NCBI RefSeq assembly: GCF_004010195.1
Contig: NC_057719.1
Span: forward strand, 43,711,685 to 43,775,684
DNA from: Chiloscyllium plagiosum
Taxonomy: Eukaryota
Reading direction: 5' to 3'
Length of the DNA: 64,000 nucleotides
Shown here piece after piece: positions 62,066 through 64,000 of the stretch; the first letter of the stretch is position 1, and every line of letters begins with the position of its first letter. The position numbers and the translations under genes were made by a program. The notes under the pieces are model-generated. The model searched no databases, was not told the origin of the DNA, and worked only from the letters and a program-made list of their open reading frames with translations.

Positions 62066-63035
62066 CATGCACATATACACCCAGGTCTCTCTGATTCAAC
62101 AAACCAATTAGAGTAATATCCTTTATTTTCTATTGTCGCTCTGTTCTTTGTACCAAATGTGTTTAACCTCAATTCTCTGCATTGAGCTTCATCTGCCATT
62201 TATGCATCCACTTCACAAACTTATCAATGTCAATTTGAAATTCTATGCATCATACAATCGTTTCAAGCTTTACAATCCTACAGAATGAAACTGCCCCTGC
62301 TCCAAGATCTTTATTTCCTAATTAGGAAAAGTAAGGTTCAGTACTGACCTTTGGGAAATCTATCACAGAACCTTCTCCCAGCCCAAGAAATAGATACATA
62401 TTTCTATTCAGAGATATTGTGACACCTCTGGAGCAGGTGGAACTTTAACCCAGGCGTTTCTCGCTCAGAAGTAGGGACACTACGATTGTACCATAATAGC
62501 CCAAGAAATATCCACAAACAATTACTTTGTTTCTTATAACTCAGGATACCTTTATACCCACATTGCCACTGACCTTTGAAATTCACGAGACCTCATGAGT
62601 CTGTTGTGTAACATTGCGGACATCTTTTTGAAGTCATGAACACCACATCTCCACTTGCTATTACCTCTTCAAAAATCTTCAGCTTGTTAAACATGACTAT
62701 CCCTACAGAAATCTATGATATTGGATATTTTTTCACTAGTAAGGTTAAAGTGATTGATCTGTAACTGCTCAGCTTATCTTTACAAGTTTTCTTTTGAAGT
62801 CATTGATATTTTCCCTTATCAAGGTCTATGGCATCATCTCTCAAATTCTGACCAATGTTTCTTCAATTTTCACTTTCACTTCCTTCAGTATCTTAGATGC
62901 AACTCATTTGGTTCTGGTGCCTCGTCAACTTCAAATCTCAGCAATATATCCAATACCTTGTTAATTTTAAAGCCTTCCTTCTGTCACTGTGGCCTGGGTA
63001 GCATCTGTATCCATCTTCACCATGGAAGCAAAGTA

Positions 63036-63733
63036 CTGAAGAACCTTGATTATCTGAACGAGATGGGCGAGCACTAATTCATTTGGAAAATTGATTATTT
63101 GGTTAACTGATTTCCTCTGGGGCTCGGAGTTTTCTGTGAAGTCTGCGCCCCGTTCAGGAGACTAGGTAGAAGNNNNNNNNNCACCCCCAACCCTCTGTGC
63201 TCCCATTCCAGCGCCCAACCCCATCCACTCCTACCCCACCCCCAACCCTGCTCCCCTGTCCACCATCACCCATTGTCCAAAACCTCCCCTCCCACTGCCA
63301 GGGGCAGCTGGTCCGGACACCAACAGTAAGACGGCTGCTGCTTTCGTGGGGTAAGTCTCCAAATTGCGCACGCACAGAACTTTTTAAACAGGTTCCACTT
63401 CTGCCTTGTACAAGACAATGTTGGAGAGATTATCTGGGAAGGGAATTTTAGGGTTCACCCCTGTGTATAATTCCAGGGAAATTCCAGAAGTTCTCCCAAA
63501 CTTTGAATTCCAGGGAAAATTGGGGGACAGGAAGTCAGTCATTTAGAGACAGTGCCTGGACTGTCCAGGACTGTTCTCAGCAGCATTTCAGTGAGCCAAG
63601 TTTGTTTTTAATCATTGTACCTGTAAACAAAAGACGCAATCAGAGTTGAGACAGCTCTTTGACATAATGTTTCTACCGGGACCTTGAGATCCCCTTCGGA
63701 TAATCCGATATTCAGATAATTGAGGCTCCTCTG
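63036..63733. mobile_element. Non-autonomous TIR DNA transposon (pogo/Tigger-like)
   Basis: TA|ctgaagaaccttgattatctgaa ... ttcagataattgaggctcctctg|TA, imperfect ~23 bp TIRs. The host CR1 (gcaaagta|ttcatttaata) resumes after it. Confidence 0.8.
63173..63181. other. Small assembly gap
   Basis: N characters. Confidence 1.
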
Positions 63734-64000
63734 TATTCATTTAATACTTTACATAGACATTGTATTTCCATGTGTAAATTCCATTTTTAGTCTCCACTTA
63801 TCCCTATTATCCTTTAGTCAGACTTTTACTATTTACATACCTCCAGAAGACTTTTATGTTTGGTGCTGGTCTCTTTTTAGAGATTTTTGTCTGCTTTACT
63901 TGTTTTTCTTTTGAAACTTGCCTCAGATCCTTCTATATTCAGTGTGGTTCTCAATTGTATTTTCTACCTAACACATCATAAGTGCATGGTTTTTATTCTA

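Overview
Eukaryotic, repeat-dense genomic DNA, almost certainly from a cartilaginous fish (inferred from HE1-type V-SINEs, CR1 LINEs and Penelope-like elements). The whole window lies inside one minus-strand gene, MAP4K5. Six short GT-AG coding exons (32020-32110, 13878-13942, 12807-12862, 9853-9900, 8161-8203, 2546-2618) splice in frame to [126 protein letters not shown]. None of these exons appears as a MAP4K5 peptide in the supplied ORF track. The introns hold decayed and nested CR1, L1/Tx1, L2 and Penelope-like retroelements, several SINE families, two TA-flanked TIR elements, a 1.3 kb pure-purine decamer array and two assembly gaps. The most notable signal is a set of about 10 small insertions made of the Penelope-like terminal repeat. 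They are bounded by 11-17 bp target-site duplications, carry a minimal hammerhead-ribozyme motif (CUGAnGA...GAAAC-GUC, intact or decayed) and are often folded back on themselves, including a perfect 95 bp/95 bp palindrome at 40797-40987. Exon, TSD and TIR coordinates were counted by hand; boundaries of old repeats are approximate.
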